IMG/VR virus record: IMGVR_UViG_3300027749_000047
Span: 71,954-135,953 of that record
From: a virus
Direction: 5' to 3' (one strand)
Length of the DNA: 64,000 bases
Both the position numbers and the translations under genes were made by a program. Numbering within the stretch: position 1 is the stretch's first letter; each line of letters begins with the position of its first letter. The notes beneath the pieces were generated by a model, which worked only from the letters and a program-made list of their open reading frames with translations, had not been told where the DNA came from and did not search any database. Shown piece by piece: positions 37,718 through 46,612 of the stretch.

Positions 37718-37797
37718 GGGGCAGGAAGGTTTCGACTAGACATTAAAACCGCATGTCGGTAGTGTTTAGGACCAGAGTTCAATTCTCTGCTGCTCCA
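37718..37797 (+). ncRNA. tmRNA tRNA-like-domain-only RNA (mini-tmRNA)
   Basis: GGGGCAG-GAAGGTTTCGAC ... TAGGAC-CAGAG-TTCAATT-CTCTG-CTGCTCC-A. G3.U70 pair present. Only a 32-nt hairpin replaces the mRNA/pseudoknot region. Confidence 0.85.
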
Positions 37798-37823
37798 CAC
37801 GCGGCCAAACAAAGGAGATAAGT

Positions 37824-38294
37824 GTGACAACGCAAACATTAGAGAAGACACTTGATAGGTTTTATTCAAAAACTCAAGTATCTGCAGGTACTGATTGCTT
37901 GAAGTGGGTTGGTGCTATTAATAGCCAAGGTTATGGAAACTTTTGGTATGAAGGTAAGACTGTTTCAGCACATAGGTTTATTTTTGTTATGCGCAAGAAT
38001 GATGGTGAATGGCTAGATAGAAAACTAGTTGTTAGACACACATGTGATACTAGAGATTGCACAAACATTGATCACCTTATTTCTGGTACTTACGGCGACA
38101 ACTTGCAAGATGCTTGGGATAGGAATCGTCGTAGTCGCACGTTAAAGAAAAAGTCTTCTGCAGTTGCTAAAAAATGGAGTGAACACGCTCACGATGTGGG
38201 ACTAGATGATTTGGAAACCCCTACGTTAGAGCAGATACGTACTGCTCAAAAGTTAGCTCGTGAAGTTCTTAGGGAACAAAAAGCGCGTGGCTAG
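37824..38294 (+). CDS. HNH endonuclease (HNH_3-like)
   Basis: C..W.GA..SQGYG.F..SAHR..VRHTCD...C.N.DHL..GT..DN. Confidence 0.88.
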   Translation: MTTQTLEKTLDRFYSKTQVSAGTDCLKWVGAINSQGYGNFWYEGKTVSAHRFIFVMRKNDGEWLDRKLVVRHTCDTRDCTNIDHLISGTYGDNLQDAWDRNRRSRTLKKKSSAVAKKWSEHAHDVGLDDLETPTLEQIRTAQKLAREVLREQKARG

Positions 38295-38355
38295 TTATGT
38301 GTTGACAGTCTTGCTACTGCTATGGTGGGTTGCATCATCGTACTCAGGAAAGTAA

Positions 38356-39861
38356 ATGACTGAATCACCTATTTTTAGCCTTGTCAGGCCACCAACCAAT
38401 AAAGAAGAGTTGTGGTGGACTGTTAAAGCGCTGTGGGGTGTTGAACTTCCAAGAGTGCAAGTGTGTCCGGATCACACAGCGCCTTTTGATGCTTTTGCAG
38501 AGGCGTATTTTGGTAATGATTACAACTGGGTGCTTTGGTATGGTTCGCGTGGTACAGGCAAGTCTTACATGCTTGCTTTGCTTGCTTTAACTAAGGCTGC
38601 TTTGCTTGAGATTAACGTAACGCTTCTTGGTGGGTCTATGGCTCAGTCACAAAACATTCATGAGCATGTGGAGTTTTTGACGCAATTTCGTAATGCGCCA
38701 GTGCACGCTATTGAATCAATTATCAAGACACAAATTACTTTTACTGGTGGTAACTGGATTCGTCCTCTACCAGCTTCTCAAAAGACTGTTCGTGGTCCTC
38801 ACCCTCAAATGACTCTGCTTGATGAGATTGACGAAATGGAGCGTAAGATTTATGACGCTGCTATGGGTCAGGCTATGACTAAACCTAACGTGCGTGGCGT
38901 TGAGATTCCTGAAATGGTTGTTGCTTCTTCTACTTGGCAAAACCCTGTTGGCACGTTTCAGTCTGTTATGGATGAAGCTTTGGCTAAGGGTATGCCTGTT
39001 CGTACGTGGTGTTATCGTGAGCAGTTGAAACCTAATGGGTGGATGGATCCTGATTTTATTGAACGTAAACGTATGTCTGTTCCAGCAGAAATGTTTCGTG
39101 TTGAGTATGAACTTGGTGAACCTGCTGGTGGGTCTCGTGCGTTTGATTTGGAAAAGTTAAATAAGGCTTTTGTTGAATTGCAGATTGTTGATGAGCGTCA
39201 TTCTGCTAATGATGATGAGTGGATTTTTGAGCATCCAGTGCCTACTGCTACTTATTCTGCTGGGGCTGATTGGGCAAAAGAGCAAGATAAGACTGTTATT
39301 GCTGTGTTTAGGTTAGATGAGGGTAAGCGCACTCTTGTTTATTATCGCCGGTTTAATCGTATGGATTGGCCTACGATGATTGGTGTTTTTAACAAGGTAA
39401 CTACTGACTATCAGGCTATGGCAGCGCATGATGCTACTGGTATTGGCAATGTTGTTCATGACATGGTTGATGAGCGTGTGATTAAGTTTACGATGTCTTC
39501 TCAGAAGCGTACTGAGATGCTTACTAATTACATTACTGCTGTTGAGCAGGGGCGTTATCGTTTGCCTCGCAATACGCCTGCTTACAATGAGCATAAGTCC
39601 ACTACTGTTGAGGAAGTTTTTGGTGGTGGTGGTTGGAACTCTCATTTGTCTGATGATGTGTGTGCTTTTGCTTTGGCTCATCATGCTGCTGAACGTATGG
39701 CTCCTCCTGCTTCTGGTGAGGGTGTTAAGAAAACTGAATTTGCTCCGGCTAAGTTTAAAGAGATTACTCCTGTCTATGAGGATGATGGGCGTTACGTTAC
39801 GCAGGTTGGTTCAGTGACTGTTAAGGATGACAGTGGTGTTGGAGTTTTTAACCTTTTCTGA
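38356..39861 (+). CDS. terL: Terminase large subunit
   Basis: Walker A GSRGTGKS; Walker B LLDEIDE; nuclease motifs GADWAKEQD, HDATGIG, SDDVCA. Confidence 0.92.
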   Translation: MTESPIFSLVRPPTNKEELWWTVKALWGVELPRVQVCPDHTAPFDAFAEAYFGNDYNWVLWYGSRGTGKSYMLALLALTKAALLEINVTLLGGSMAQSQNIHEHVEFLTQFRNAPVHAIESIIKTQITFTGGNWIRPLPASQKTVRGPHPQMTLLDEIDEMERKIYDAAMGQAMTKPNVRGVEIPEMVVASSTWQNPVGTFQSVMDEALAKGMPVRTWCYREQLKPNGWMDPDFIERKRMSVPAEMFRVEYELGEPAGGSRAFDLEKLNKAFVELQIVDERHSANDDEWIFEHPVPTATYSAGADWAKEQDKTVIAVFRLDEGKRTLVYYRRFNRMDWPTMIGVFNKVTTDYQAMAAHDATGIGNVVHDMVDERVIKFTMSSQKRTEMLTNYITAVEQGRYRLPRNTPAYNEHKSTTVEEVFGGGGWNSHLSDDVCAFALAHHAAERMAPPASGEGVKKTEFAPAKFKEITPVYEDDGRYVTQVGSVTVKDDSGVGVFNLF

Positions 39862-39890
39862 TTGCAATCGTTTGTTTGTGGGCTTAGGCT
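39862..39890 (+). promoter_or_regulatory. SigA-type promoter
   Basis: TTGCAA-17 nt-TAGGCT immediately after the terL stop. Confidence 0.55.
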
Positions 39891-39924
39891 TGTAACGTCT
39901 GTTTTCTCAGTTTGCGAGGTTCTT

Positions 39925-40209
39925 ATGAACACTTTTCTTAAATGGTTTGGTACTAGTCCTGTTGCGGCTGTGCTAAAGATTGCTGTTAGTGGCTTGTTGG
40001 TTATTGTGTTTGATTCGATTAATTCTTATCATTTGCCTGCAGGTGTAGCTTTGGTTATTACTGCTTTTATTCCTGTTGTTGTGGACTATCTAAATCCGCA
40101 TGATGCTCGTTTTGGTAAGGGCGCTGCGCCTAGCCTTGTGGATTTTTTGCAGGCTTACACTAAGGTTATTAATGCTGAGTCTGCTAATAGTGAGACGCCA
40201 CAATCATGA
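39925..40209 (+). CDS. Holin-like membrane protein
   Basis: ATG at 39925 after GAGG; two TM segments ending in YLNP.D.RFGKG, as in actinophage holins. Confidence 0.7.
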   Translation: MNTFLKWFGTSPVAAVLKIAVSGLLVIVFDSINSYHLPAGVALVITAFIPVVVDYLNPHDARFGKGAAPSLVDFLQAYTKVINAESANSETPQS

Positions 40210-40445
40210 GTGAAAAAATCGTTTCGTTAGGCCAGTTAGCGTTTGCTATCGCTTCTATCTTGTCTTTGGCCGGGATTCTTGTTCGTTGGGGAATTGTTAA
40301 ACCTTTGAAGCGTTTTATTGCTGACCAAACGTACCCTATTCAGCCTCATGCTAATGGGGGCGATTCTTTGCCTGATGTTATTAAGACTATTAAACGTATT
40401 GAAAATAAGTTGGACCAGCACCTTGAAGTAGATCACGGACGCTAA
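40206..40445 (+). CDS. Membrane protein with coiled-coil tail (lysis-associated)
   Basis: One TM segment; NGG.SL.D..KRIE.KL..HL pattern. Confidence 0.6.
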   Translation: MSEKIVSLGQLAFAIASILSLAGILVRWGIVKPLKRFIADQTYPIQPHANGGDSLPDVIKTIKRIENKLDQHLEVDHGR

Positions 40446-40487
40446 AAAAGCCATAGTGTATGGTTATCTCATACCTTCGGAGGATTT

Positions 40488-40916
40488 ATGGAACTTATTG
40501 CGTCTTTGCGTAAAACATTGGCTAATGTTGTTACTGAGTATTTTCATGCTCATGGGTTTCATTGGAATGTTGTTGGCCCTGAGTTTGCGCAGTTGCATGA
40601 GTTTTTTGAGTCTGTGTATGAAGACATTTATTCTTCGATTGACCCTATTGCTGAGATTTTGCGTAAGTTGAATGCTAAGTCTCCTTTTCGTTTGTCTGAG
40701 TTTATGGCTGATTCTACGATTACTGAGGCTAATCCTGTTGAGGCTTTAGATATGGTTCATGCTTTGAGCATGATGAATACTAAGGTTATTGAGTCTTTGA
40801 ATGAGACTTATGGTTTGGCTAATGATGCTAATGAGCAGGGTGTGTGTAATTTTATTGCTGAACGTATTGATATGCATAAGAAGTGGGCGTGGCAGATGCG
40901 CTCATTGTTGAGTTAG
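40488..40916 (+). CDS. dps: Dps / ferritin-like DNA-protection protein
   Basis: H.FHWNVVGPEF..LHEFFE..Y...D.IAE.LR..K..WQMRS; RBS GGAGG. Confidence 0.92.
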   Translation: MELIASLRKTLANVVTEYFHAHGFHWNVVGPEFAQLHEFFESVYEDIYSSIDPIAEILRKLNAKSPFRLSEFMADSTITEANPVEALDMVHALSMMNTKVIESLNETYGLANDANEQGVCNFIAERIDMHKKWAWQMRSLLS

Positions 40917-40918
40917 TT

Positions 40919-42946
40919 ATGTATGTTCGTAAGAGTCAGTTAGAGATTCCTGGCATTGGTGATGTGTTTCATGAGACTGCTAAGCGTAAATTACCTAACT
41001 ATGCTTGGTGGAAGCACATGAATGGTAAAACTTCTAAAGTGCAAGTTATTGGTCCGCATCCAACGCTTAAAGACCATTTTCATGTTATTGATCATCAAGA
41101 TGTTAAGCGTGCTTTACATCGTGACCAAATTTCGTTTATTAAGTCAAAACCTATTTCAAAGTCGTTGGAGTATAGTGTAGTTATGAATTCTGTAAATAAA
41201 AAATATGACGGTCGTGACTTGTCGCATTTGTCCACCAAAGACAGAATCAAAAATAACCCTCAATATATAGCACCTATTGCTGGCGGAGCTGCTCTTACCG
41301 GTATGTCGATACGAAATTATCATAAAGCCAATGTTGCTTTTTTAGACAGCCACAACAAAATGTTGGATTATGGAGGGCATGCTTTATCAGAACACCTTGA
41401 TCCAAATAATAAAATTACAGCTTCTGCTTTTAAAGATCAAGAAATTGCTGCGTGGGAGCACGGGAAAAAATTAGTAAAAAGAGGCAATAAATATCTTGCT
41501 GGTTCTGCTGCGCTGATGACTGCTGGTATGGCAAATAATGTTAGAGTTGCAAACAAACGACATAAACTTTATGAGCAAAAGAATGGACATCCACCAGAAA
41601 TCAAAAAATCTATGAATCAATCCCGTTTTGGCGGCGCTAGTGCTGTTGCTAAGGGTCACGCAGGGGATAAGTATGACAAAGAGCTTGCTGAAAATCGTGC
41701 AAAGATTAGCACTACTCACACTATTAATCGCAATGCTTTTCGCCAGGGCGTTAAAGGTGGGTTGATTGTAGGGGTTCCTACTACTGCCGCTGCTACTTAT
41801 GGTGCAGTTAAGGGCAAGCAGAAACTTTCTGAAATTAAGAAAGCATCTATGGGCGCCGCAAGGGTGTTTGAGGGCGCAGCTAATGATATTCGTCGTGCTG
41901 TCCCTGTCGGTCATGGTACTGGTGGTATGGGCGACCCTGAGGTGCGTCGTAGTATTCGCGAGCATGCTGCGCGTGAGATGCAACGCGGTTTGTCTAGAGG
42001 TAAAGAAGTTGCTGTTCGTGCTAAAAGTGAATTGGCTGATACACGTCCTCCTGCGTCTAAGAGGGGCACAGACATTGCTTTGAGGGGTAAGAATAGTCTT
42101 GTTAGTTTGCGTCAGAGTGTAAAGCCTAAGCCTGTTAAGGCTAGCCAAGAACTTTTGCCTATTAAGCAAGGTACTTCGGCACCTAAGGTTGAAGAGCCAC
42201 TTCGTTCAGAAAAGGCTAGTCCTAAGCATTCATTTGTTGTTCCGCCTAAGCCTGCCGCAACTGGCGCTGCTCCACACGCTGCACCTCCTGCTGGCCCGCA
42301 TCGTTTTGATGAAGGCGTTAAGACTAAGAGTTATGTTCCTCATGCTTTGGCTGCTGCTGGCGTGGGTACTACGGCTGGTGTGGCTATTACTGATCCTCAA
42401 AAGCGCAAGAATTGGGCTAGTGGGGCTAAGAGCCAGATTCATGAGTTGACTAAGGCTGAGAACTATGATGCTTCTGGCAATCCTCGTCAGAGTCCAACTA
42501 TTTCTGGTAATACTGCGTTGGGTCTTGCAGGTGTTGGTACTGCTGCTTTGGGCGCTCGTACTTTGGGTCGCGCAGGTAATTTGCCTCATACTGCGGCGCG
42601 TAATGCTAATCTTCAGACTAACAATTTGCTGCAGCAACAAGGTTTGAATGCTAATAAGGAGGCTGCTCGTCAGGCTGCTGAGGCTAAGGCAGCTAAGGCT
42701 AAAACTCCTTGGGGCAAGTCGCGTGCCAATAAGCAAGTAGATCGTGCTATTTATCATGAGTCTCGCCAGAATGAGCGTTTGATTGCTCAAGAGGGGAAGA
42801 CTACTGCTGCGCATGATTTGGCGCATGCTGTTAAGCCACGTATGAAGATGATGCGTAATGGTGGTTTGGCTATGGTTGCTGGCGGCACTGCTTTGGCTGC
42901 GGGTGCTTTACATAATGCTGGTAAGAATCGTGAGGTTCCTCAGTAA
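40919..42946 (+). CDS. G/A/K/R-rich multi-segment head-module protein (putative internal protein)
   Basis: Segments delimited by ISKS, IKKS, VAKG, IKKA and LTKA; several Gly/Ala hydrophobic stretches. Confidence 0.55.
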   Translation: MYVRKSQLEIPGIGDVFHETAKRKLPNYAWWKHMNGKTSKVQVIGPHPTLKDHFHVIDHQDVKRALHRDQISFIKSKPISKSLEYSVVMNSVNKKYDGRDLSHLSTKDRIKNNPQYIAPIAGGAALTGMSIRNYHKANVAFLDSHNKMLDYGGHALSEHLDPNNKITASAFKDQEIAAWEHGKKLVKRGNKYLAGSAALMTAGMANNVRVANKRHKLYEQKNGHPPEIKKSMNQSRFGGASAVAKGHAGDKYDKELAENRAKISTTHTINRNAFRQGVKGGLIVGVPTTAAATYGAVKGKQKLSEIKKASMGAARVFEGAANDIRRAVPVGHGTGGMGDPEVRRSIREHAAREMQRGLSRGKEVAVRAKSELADTRPPASKRGTDIALRGKNSLVSLRQSVKPKPVKASQELLPIKQGTSAPKVEEPLRSEKASPKHSFVVPPKPAATGAAPHAAPPAGPHRFDEGVKTKSYVPHALAAAGVGTTAGVAITDPQKRKNWASGAKSQIHELTKAENYDASGNPRQSPTISGNTALGLAGVGTAALGARTLGRAGNLPHTAARNANLQTNNLLQQQGLNANKEAARQAAEAKAAKAKTPWGKSRANKQVDRAIYHESRQNERLIAQEGKTTAAHDLAHAVKPRMKMMRNGGLAMVAGGTALAAGALHNAGKNREVPQ

Positions 42947-43599
42947 TGACTATTTCGCAGTCTCGTTTTGGTAGCCAAGCGGAGGTTGGTCGTTCGCCTA
43001 ATCGTAAGAATGCCAAGGATCAGCATCATTGGGGTGCTGCTGTTGGTTTAGGTGTTGCTGGTACTGGTTATGGTGCCACTCGCGCTGCGAGTGTATTGAG
43101 TAATAGTGCTGGCGCTTCTAAAGCTAAGGCTAATCAGTCTCGTGCTGGTATTCGTATTAGTCAGGGCGACGCTAATCTTGCTAGGAATCTTCAAGCAGTT
43201 GAGCAGGCTAAGTTGGCTAAGTTACGTGGTCGCAATAAAGGCCAAGCGATGTGGATTGTTGATGGTCAGGGTCGTAGGGTTAATGTTCCGGCTACTGCAG
43301 ATAGTGCTTTTATGCATGGTGTTATTAATGATGTGGTTCGGGAAAGCAATAAGCATGCGCAGACTGCTAGCAGGCATGATTTGGCAACTAAAAAGTCTCG
43401 TGATGAGGCGCGTGCTCATGCTCAAAATTATGCTCGTATGAATCGTTACAGTAAGTTGGCTTCTCGTGGCGGAAAGATTGCTATTGGTACTGGCTTGCTG
43501 GGCGCGGCTGGTGCTTTGGCTCAAACTGAACATGCTCGTGGTACAGTTGGCTACAAGCGACCTACACGCGCACAATTAAGGGGACGTAATGTCAGATGA
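42946..43599 (+). CDS. Basic G/A-rich head-module protein
   Basis: N-terminus QSRFG is shared with an internal segment of 40919-42946. Confidence 0.55.
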   Translation: MTISQSRFGSQAEVGRSPNRKNAKDQHHWGAAVGLGVAGTGYGATRAASVLSNSAGASKAKANQSRAGIRISQGDANLARNLQAVEQAKLAKLRGRNKGQAMWIVDGQGRRVNVPATADSAFMHGVINDVVRESNKHAQTASRHDLATKKSRDEARAHAQNYARMNRYSKLASRGGKIAIGTGLLGAAGALAQTEHARGTVGYKRPTRAQLRGRNVR

Positions 43600-45160
43600 T
43601 GTACGTTTGGCGGCTAGACAAACTGATGGCTTAAATGCCACGCCTGCTGATATTCAGGCTTTAGAAGAATTAAAGAATGCTTCGCCGTTTCTGGAACTGG
43701 GTACTACTGGTCTTAAGCGTGCTGGTGGCTATATTGATGAACAGTTTCTTCCGCAGTTGCGTGGGCGTAAGGCTGTTCAAGTCTTTAAGGAAATGGCTGA
43801 GAATGACCCTTTGGTTGGGTCTTTGTGGTTCACTATAGATCGTTTGATTCGTAATGTTGAATGGCGTGTTGAGCCTGCCAGTAAGTCTAAAGAAGATACT
43901 GATAATGCAAAGCTTGTTGAAACTTGTATGGATGACATGTCTCATACTTGGGATGATTTTATTTCTGAGGTTTTGTCTTGTGTGATTTATGGCTGGTCTT
44001 GGCATGAGATTGTGTACAAGCGTCGTGTTGGTCCGTGGGAGCGCGATTCTTCTAAGCGCTCTAAGTACACTGATGGTTTGATTGGCTGGCGTAAGATGCC
44101 AATTCGCGCACAGGAAACTTTGTTGCGTTGGGCGTTTGATGATACTGGTGATGTTTCTGCGATGATTCAGTTGGCTCCTCCTCGTTATGAAACTAAGGTT
44201 TTGCCTATTGAGCGTTCGTTACTGTTTCGTTATCGTCATCAAAAAGGTAATCCTGAGGGTATGTCTATGCTTCGTCAGGCTTATCGTCCTTGGTACATGA
44301 AGAAGCGCCTTGAAGAATATGAGGCTGTTGGTATTGAGCGTGACCTTGCTGGTTTGCCTGTTGTTAAGGTGCCGGCAGAGTTTTTGCGGGCTAAGCCTGG
44401 CTCTCAGCAGGCTCAAACTGTTGAGGCGTTTAAGCGTATGGTTAAGTCTGTGCGTCGTGATGAGCAAGAGGGCATTGTGTTTCCTATGGCTTATGATCAG
44501 GACACTAAGCAACCTTTGTATTCGTTTGAACTTATGGGCGGTGGCGGTGCTCGTGCTTTCAATACTGATGCAATTATTCAGCGTTATGAGCAGCGAATTT
44601 TGATGTCTGTTTTGGCTGATTTTATTATGGTTGGTCATGAGGGTGGTGGCTCTTACAGTTTGCATACTGATAAGACTGGTATTTTTCGTACTTCGCTTAA
44701 CTCTATTGCTGGTTCTATTGCAGATACTTTGAACCGTTATGCTATTCCTCGGTTGTTTTCTGTTAATGGTATGAAGCCTGCTGAGTTGCCTAAGATTGTG
44801 CCTGGTGATGTTGATAGTCCAGATATTGCGCAGTTGGCTCAGTTTATGTCCGCTATGTCTAGCACTGGTGTCACATGGTTCCCAGACCCAACTATGGAGA
44901 ACTTTATTCGAGATGCTGCTCGTTTGCCTAAACTTAATGAAGAGGATGAAGATCGTCGTCGTCAAATGCAGATGCGTACGGAGGCTACGCAATACGCACA
45001 AGCTAACATTGCGTATGTTCAGGCTAAGCAACAGTTGGCTCAAACTTTGATGGGTCAGCAACAACAGCAAGCGCAGCCTGGTCAGCCTGGTCAACAGGAT
45101 AGTCAACAGAATGCTAGTCAACAAGAAAGTCAACAACAAAATCCTCAGCAGGGGCAGTAA
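43589..45160 (+). CDS. Portal protein (DUF935/Mu gp29-like)
   Basis: ELGTTGL, YGWSWHEIVYK, GNPEGMSMLR, GIERDLAG.P and IQRYEQRILMSVLADF motifs; poly-Q tail. Confidence 0.9.
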   Translation: MSDDVRLAARQTDGLNATPADIQALEELKNASPFLELGTTGLKRAGGYIDEQFLPQLRGRKAVQVFKEMAENDPLVGSLWFTIDRLIRNVEWRVEPASKSKEDTDNAKLVETCMDDMSHTWDDFISEVLSCVIYGWSWHEIVYKRRVGPWERDSSKRSKYTDGLIGWRKMPIRAQETLLRWAFDDTGDVSAMIQLAPPRYETKVLPIERSLLFRYRHQKGNPEGMSMLRQAYRPWYMKKRLEEYEAVGIERDLAGLPVVKVPAEFLRAKPGSQQAQTVEAFKRMVKSVRRDEQEGIVFPMAYDQDTKQPLYSFELMGGGGARAFNTDAIIQRYEQRILMSVLADFIMVGHEGGGSYSLHTDKTGIFRTSLNSIAGSIADTLNRYAIPRLFSVNGMKPAELPKIVPGDVDSPDIAQLAQFMSAMSSTGVTWFPDPTMENFIRDAARLPKLNEEDEDRRRQMQMRTEATQYAQANIAYVQAKQQLAQTLMGQQQQQAQPGQPGQQDSQQNASQQESQQQNPQQGQ

Positions 45161-45414
45161 TGAATTTGGTTCTTGAACATAGGGCGCAAATGACTATTGC
45201 GGGTGCTTGTGCGCACATTGCGCAGGAGAATAATGCTGATGCTGCAAAACTTGTTAATTTGTTTGTGTCTGATGTTATGGAAGAGAATGGCGTTAAGTTT
45301 GATGAGGCTTTAGAGATGCTGGCTCGTGCTGGCATTGCTGTTTCTATGATGGCTGCTGAACCTAATGTTGAGGAAACTTTTAGGCGTATTACTTTGGCGC
45401 TAAGTGGGTTGTGA
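45160..45414 (+). CDS. Hypothetical protein
   Basis: TAATG coupling to the portal gene. Confidence 0.6.
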   Translation: MNLVLEHRAQMTIAGACAHIAQENNADAAKLVNLFVSDVMEENGVKFDEALEMLARAGIAVSMMAAEPNVEETFRRITLALSGL

Positions 45415-46601
45415 TGAAGAAAGAGTCAAAGAATAGATTACATGGCGTTGAGGCTGCTGCTGTTGGTGGCAGTCTTACTGGCGTGGGCGCTAACATCAAT
45501 TACCGCGCTGAGCGTACTTTGAGGGAGTCTGGCAAGAAGGGTTTGTGGGATGCTACTAAGGCCCGTGAGTTAGGTTCTCATCATGCCAAGTTTGTTGGTT
45601 CAAAGTTTGGTGCTCGTGGTTTGCAGGTCACAGGTATTCCTTTGGCTTTGGTTGGCGCTAAGCATGCTGTCACTGGTGAGGATACTCGTCGTTTGGACAT
45701 TCACCATGATGTGGTTAAGCCTGTTGCTCGTAATGCTGTTATGGCTGACCAGTTGAAGCGTGGGGAAAAGACTTTGAGTAAGAGTGATGCGCCGGAGTAT
45801 GAAGACAAGATTCTTAATTCTAAGCGTCGCGCTAAGAACTTTTCTCGTGTTGCTGGCACTTTGGGTCTTGCTGCTTTGGGTACTCGTGCACCTGAGATTG
45901 CTAATTATGCTGTTAAGAAAACTCCTAAGTTGGCGGCTAATAAGCATATTTCTACTTTGATTTCACATGAGCCTAAAGCGACTAAAGCTTCTAACGCATT
46001 GGGTATTGGCTCTATTGGTGTTGGTTCTTTGGGTGCTTTTAATAATGCTCATATGCAAAACTTAGAAGTTAAGCAGGGTAAGCAGCGTAGGGCTTCGTCT
46101 TCTATTATTAAGCGCGATGACAAGTTTTTGGCTACTCATCGTGATCGTATTAGTCCAAAGGCTGAAGAGGGCTATAAGTATTTAAAACACGGCGCTAATA
46201 GTCGCACGTTTGATGCCGCTGCTGCTGGAGCGTTAGGTACTGGCGCTATTGCTTATTCTGTCAGGGATTTGCGTCATAAGAATAAGGCTGGTGCGGCGCT
46301 AGGTACTCTTGCTGGTGCTATTACTCTTAAAGAAGCGCATGATAATGCTCGGGCTGCTAGGGCTTGGAATGCTAAGGCTAATAAGATTAAGGCTAAGGCT
46401 TATGAGCGCGAGGCTGTTGGTGAGTGGGGTAAGGGCCGTCATGTTGCTGTTGCTAAGTCTTTGTGGGATGTTGAAAAGGCATCTTTGGCTTTGGTGCCTA
46501 GCGTTCCTAAGGGTTTGATGCGTAAGCCTGCTATTAGAGCAGGTCATTTGATGAGAACGCGTAGTGGTAAGGTTGTTTCTGTTAATGGGTCGATTGGTTA
46601 A
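45411..46601 (+). CDS. G/A/K/R-rich head-module protein
   Basis: LSKS, IIKR, VAKS and VEKA segment boundaries; Gly/Ala hydrophobic stretches. Confidence 0.55.
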   Translation: MMKKESKNRLHGVEAAAVGGSLTGVGANINYRAERTLRESGKKGLWDATKARELGSHHAKFVGSKFGARGLQVTGIPLALVGAKHAVTGEDTRRLDIHHDVVKPVARNAVMADQLKRGEKTLSKSDAPEYEDKILNSKRRAKNFSRVAGTLGLAALGTRAPEIANYAVKKTPKLAANKHISTLISHEPKATKASNALGIGSIGVGSLGAFNNAHMQNLEVKQGKQRRASSSIIKRDDKFLATHRDRISPKAEEGYKYLKHGANSRTFDAAAAGALGTGAIAYSVRDLRHKNKAGAALGTLAGAITLKEAHDNARAARAWNAKANKIKAKAYEREAVGEWGKGRHVAVAKSLWDVEKASLALVPSVPKGLMRKPAIRAGHLMRTRSGKVVSVNGSIG

Positions 46602-46612
46602 GGGGTTTTGTT

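Noticed and set aside
37718-37797. Two-piece (circularly permuted) tmRNA
   Set aside because: Permuted genes place the 3' acceptor piece first; here the 5' strand precedes the 3' strand and they are joined by a short hairpin.
37760-37800. tmRNA 3' end as a simple attP duplication
   Set aside because: The 5' half is also present with compensatory changes, and no integrase is visible in the window. It cannot be fully excluded for the unseen few kb.
38302-38326. Canonical promoter TTGACA...TATGGT before terL
   Set aside because: Spacer is only 13 nt; at most an extended -10 (TGCTATGGT), so not listed as a feature.
29462-39861. Inteins or introns in DnaE, helicase or terminase
   Set aside because: Conserved motifs are normally spaced and the ORFs are uninterrupted; no splice-junction or LAGLIDADG motifs noticed.
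44219-45139. Long antisense ORFs (e.g. 44219-45139, 50110-50889, 41471-42169, 53568-54095)
   Set aside because: Shadows of strongly T-ending sense codons over well-supported genes; Ile/Leu/Thr/Ser-rich with no motifs.
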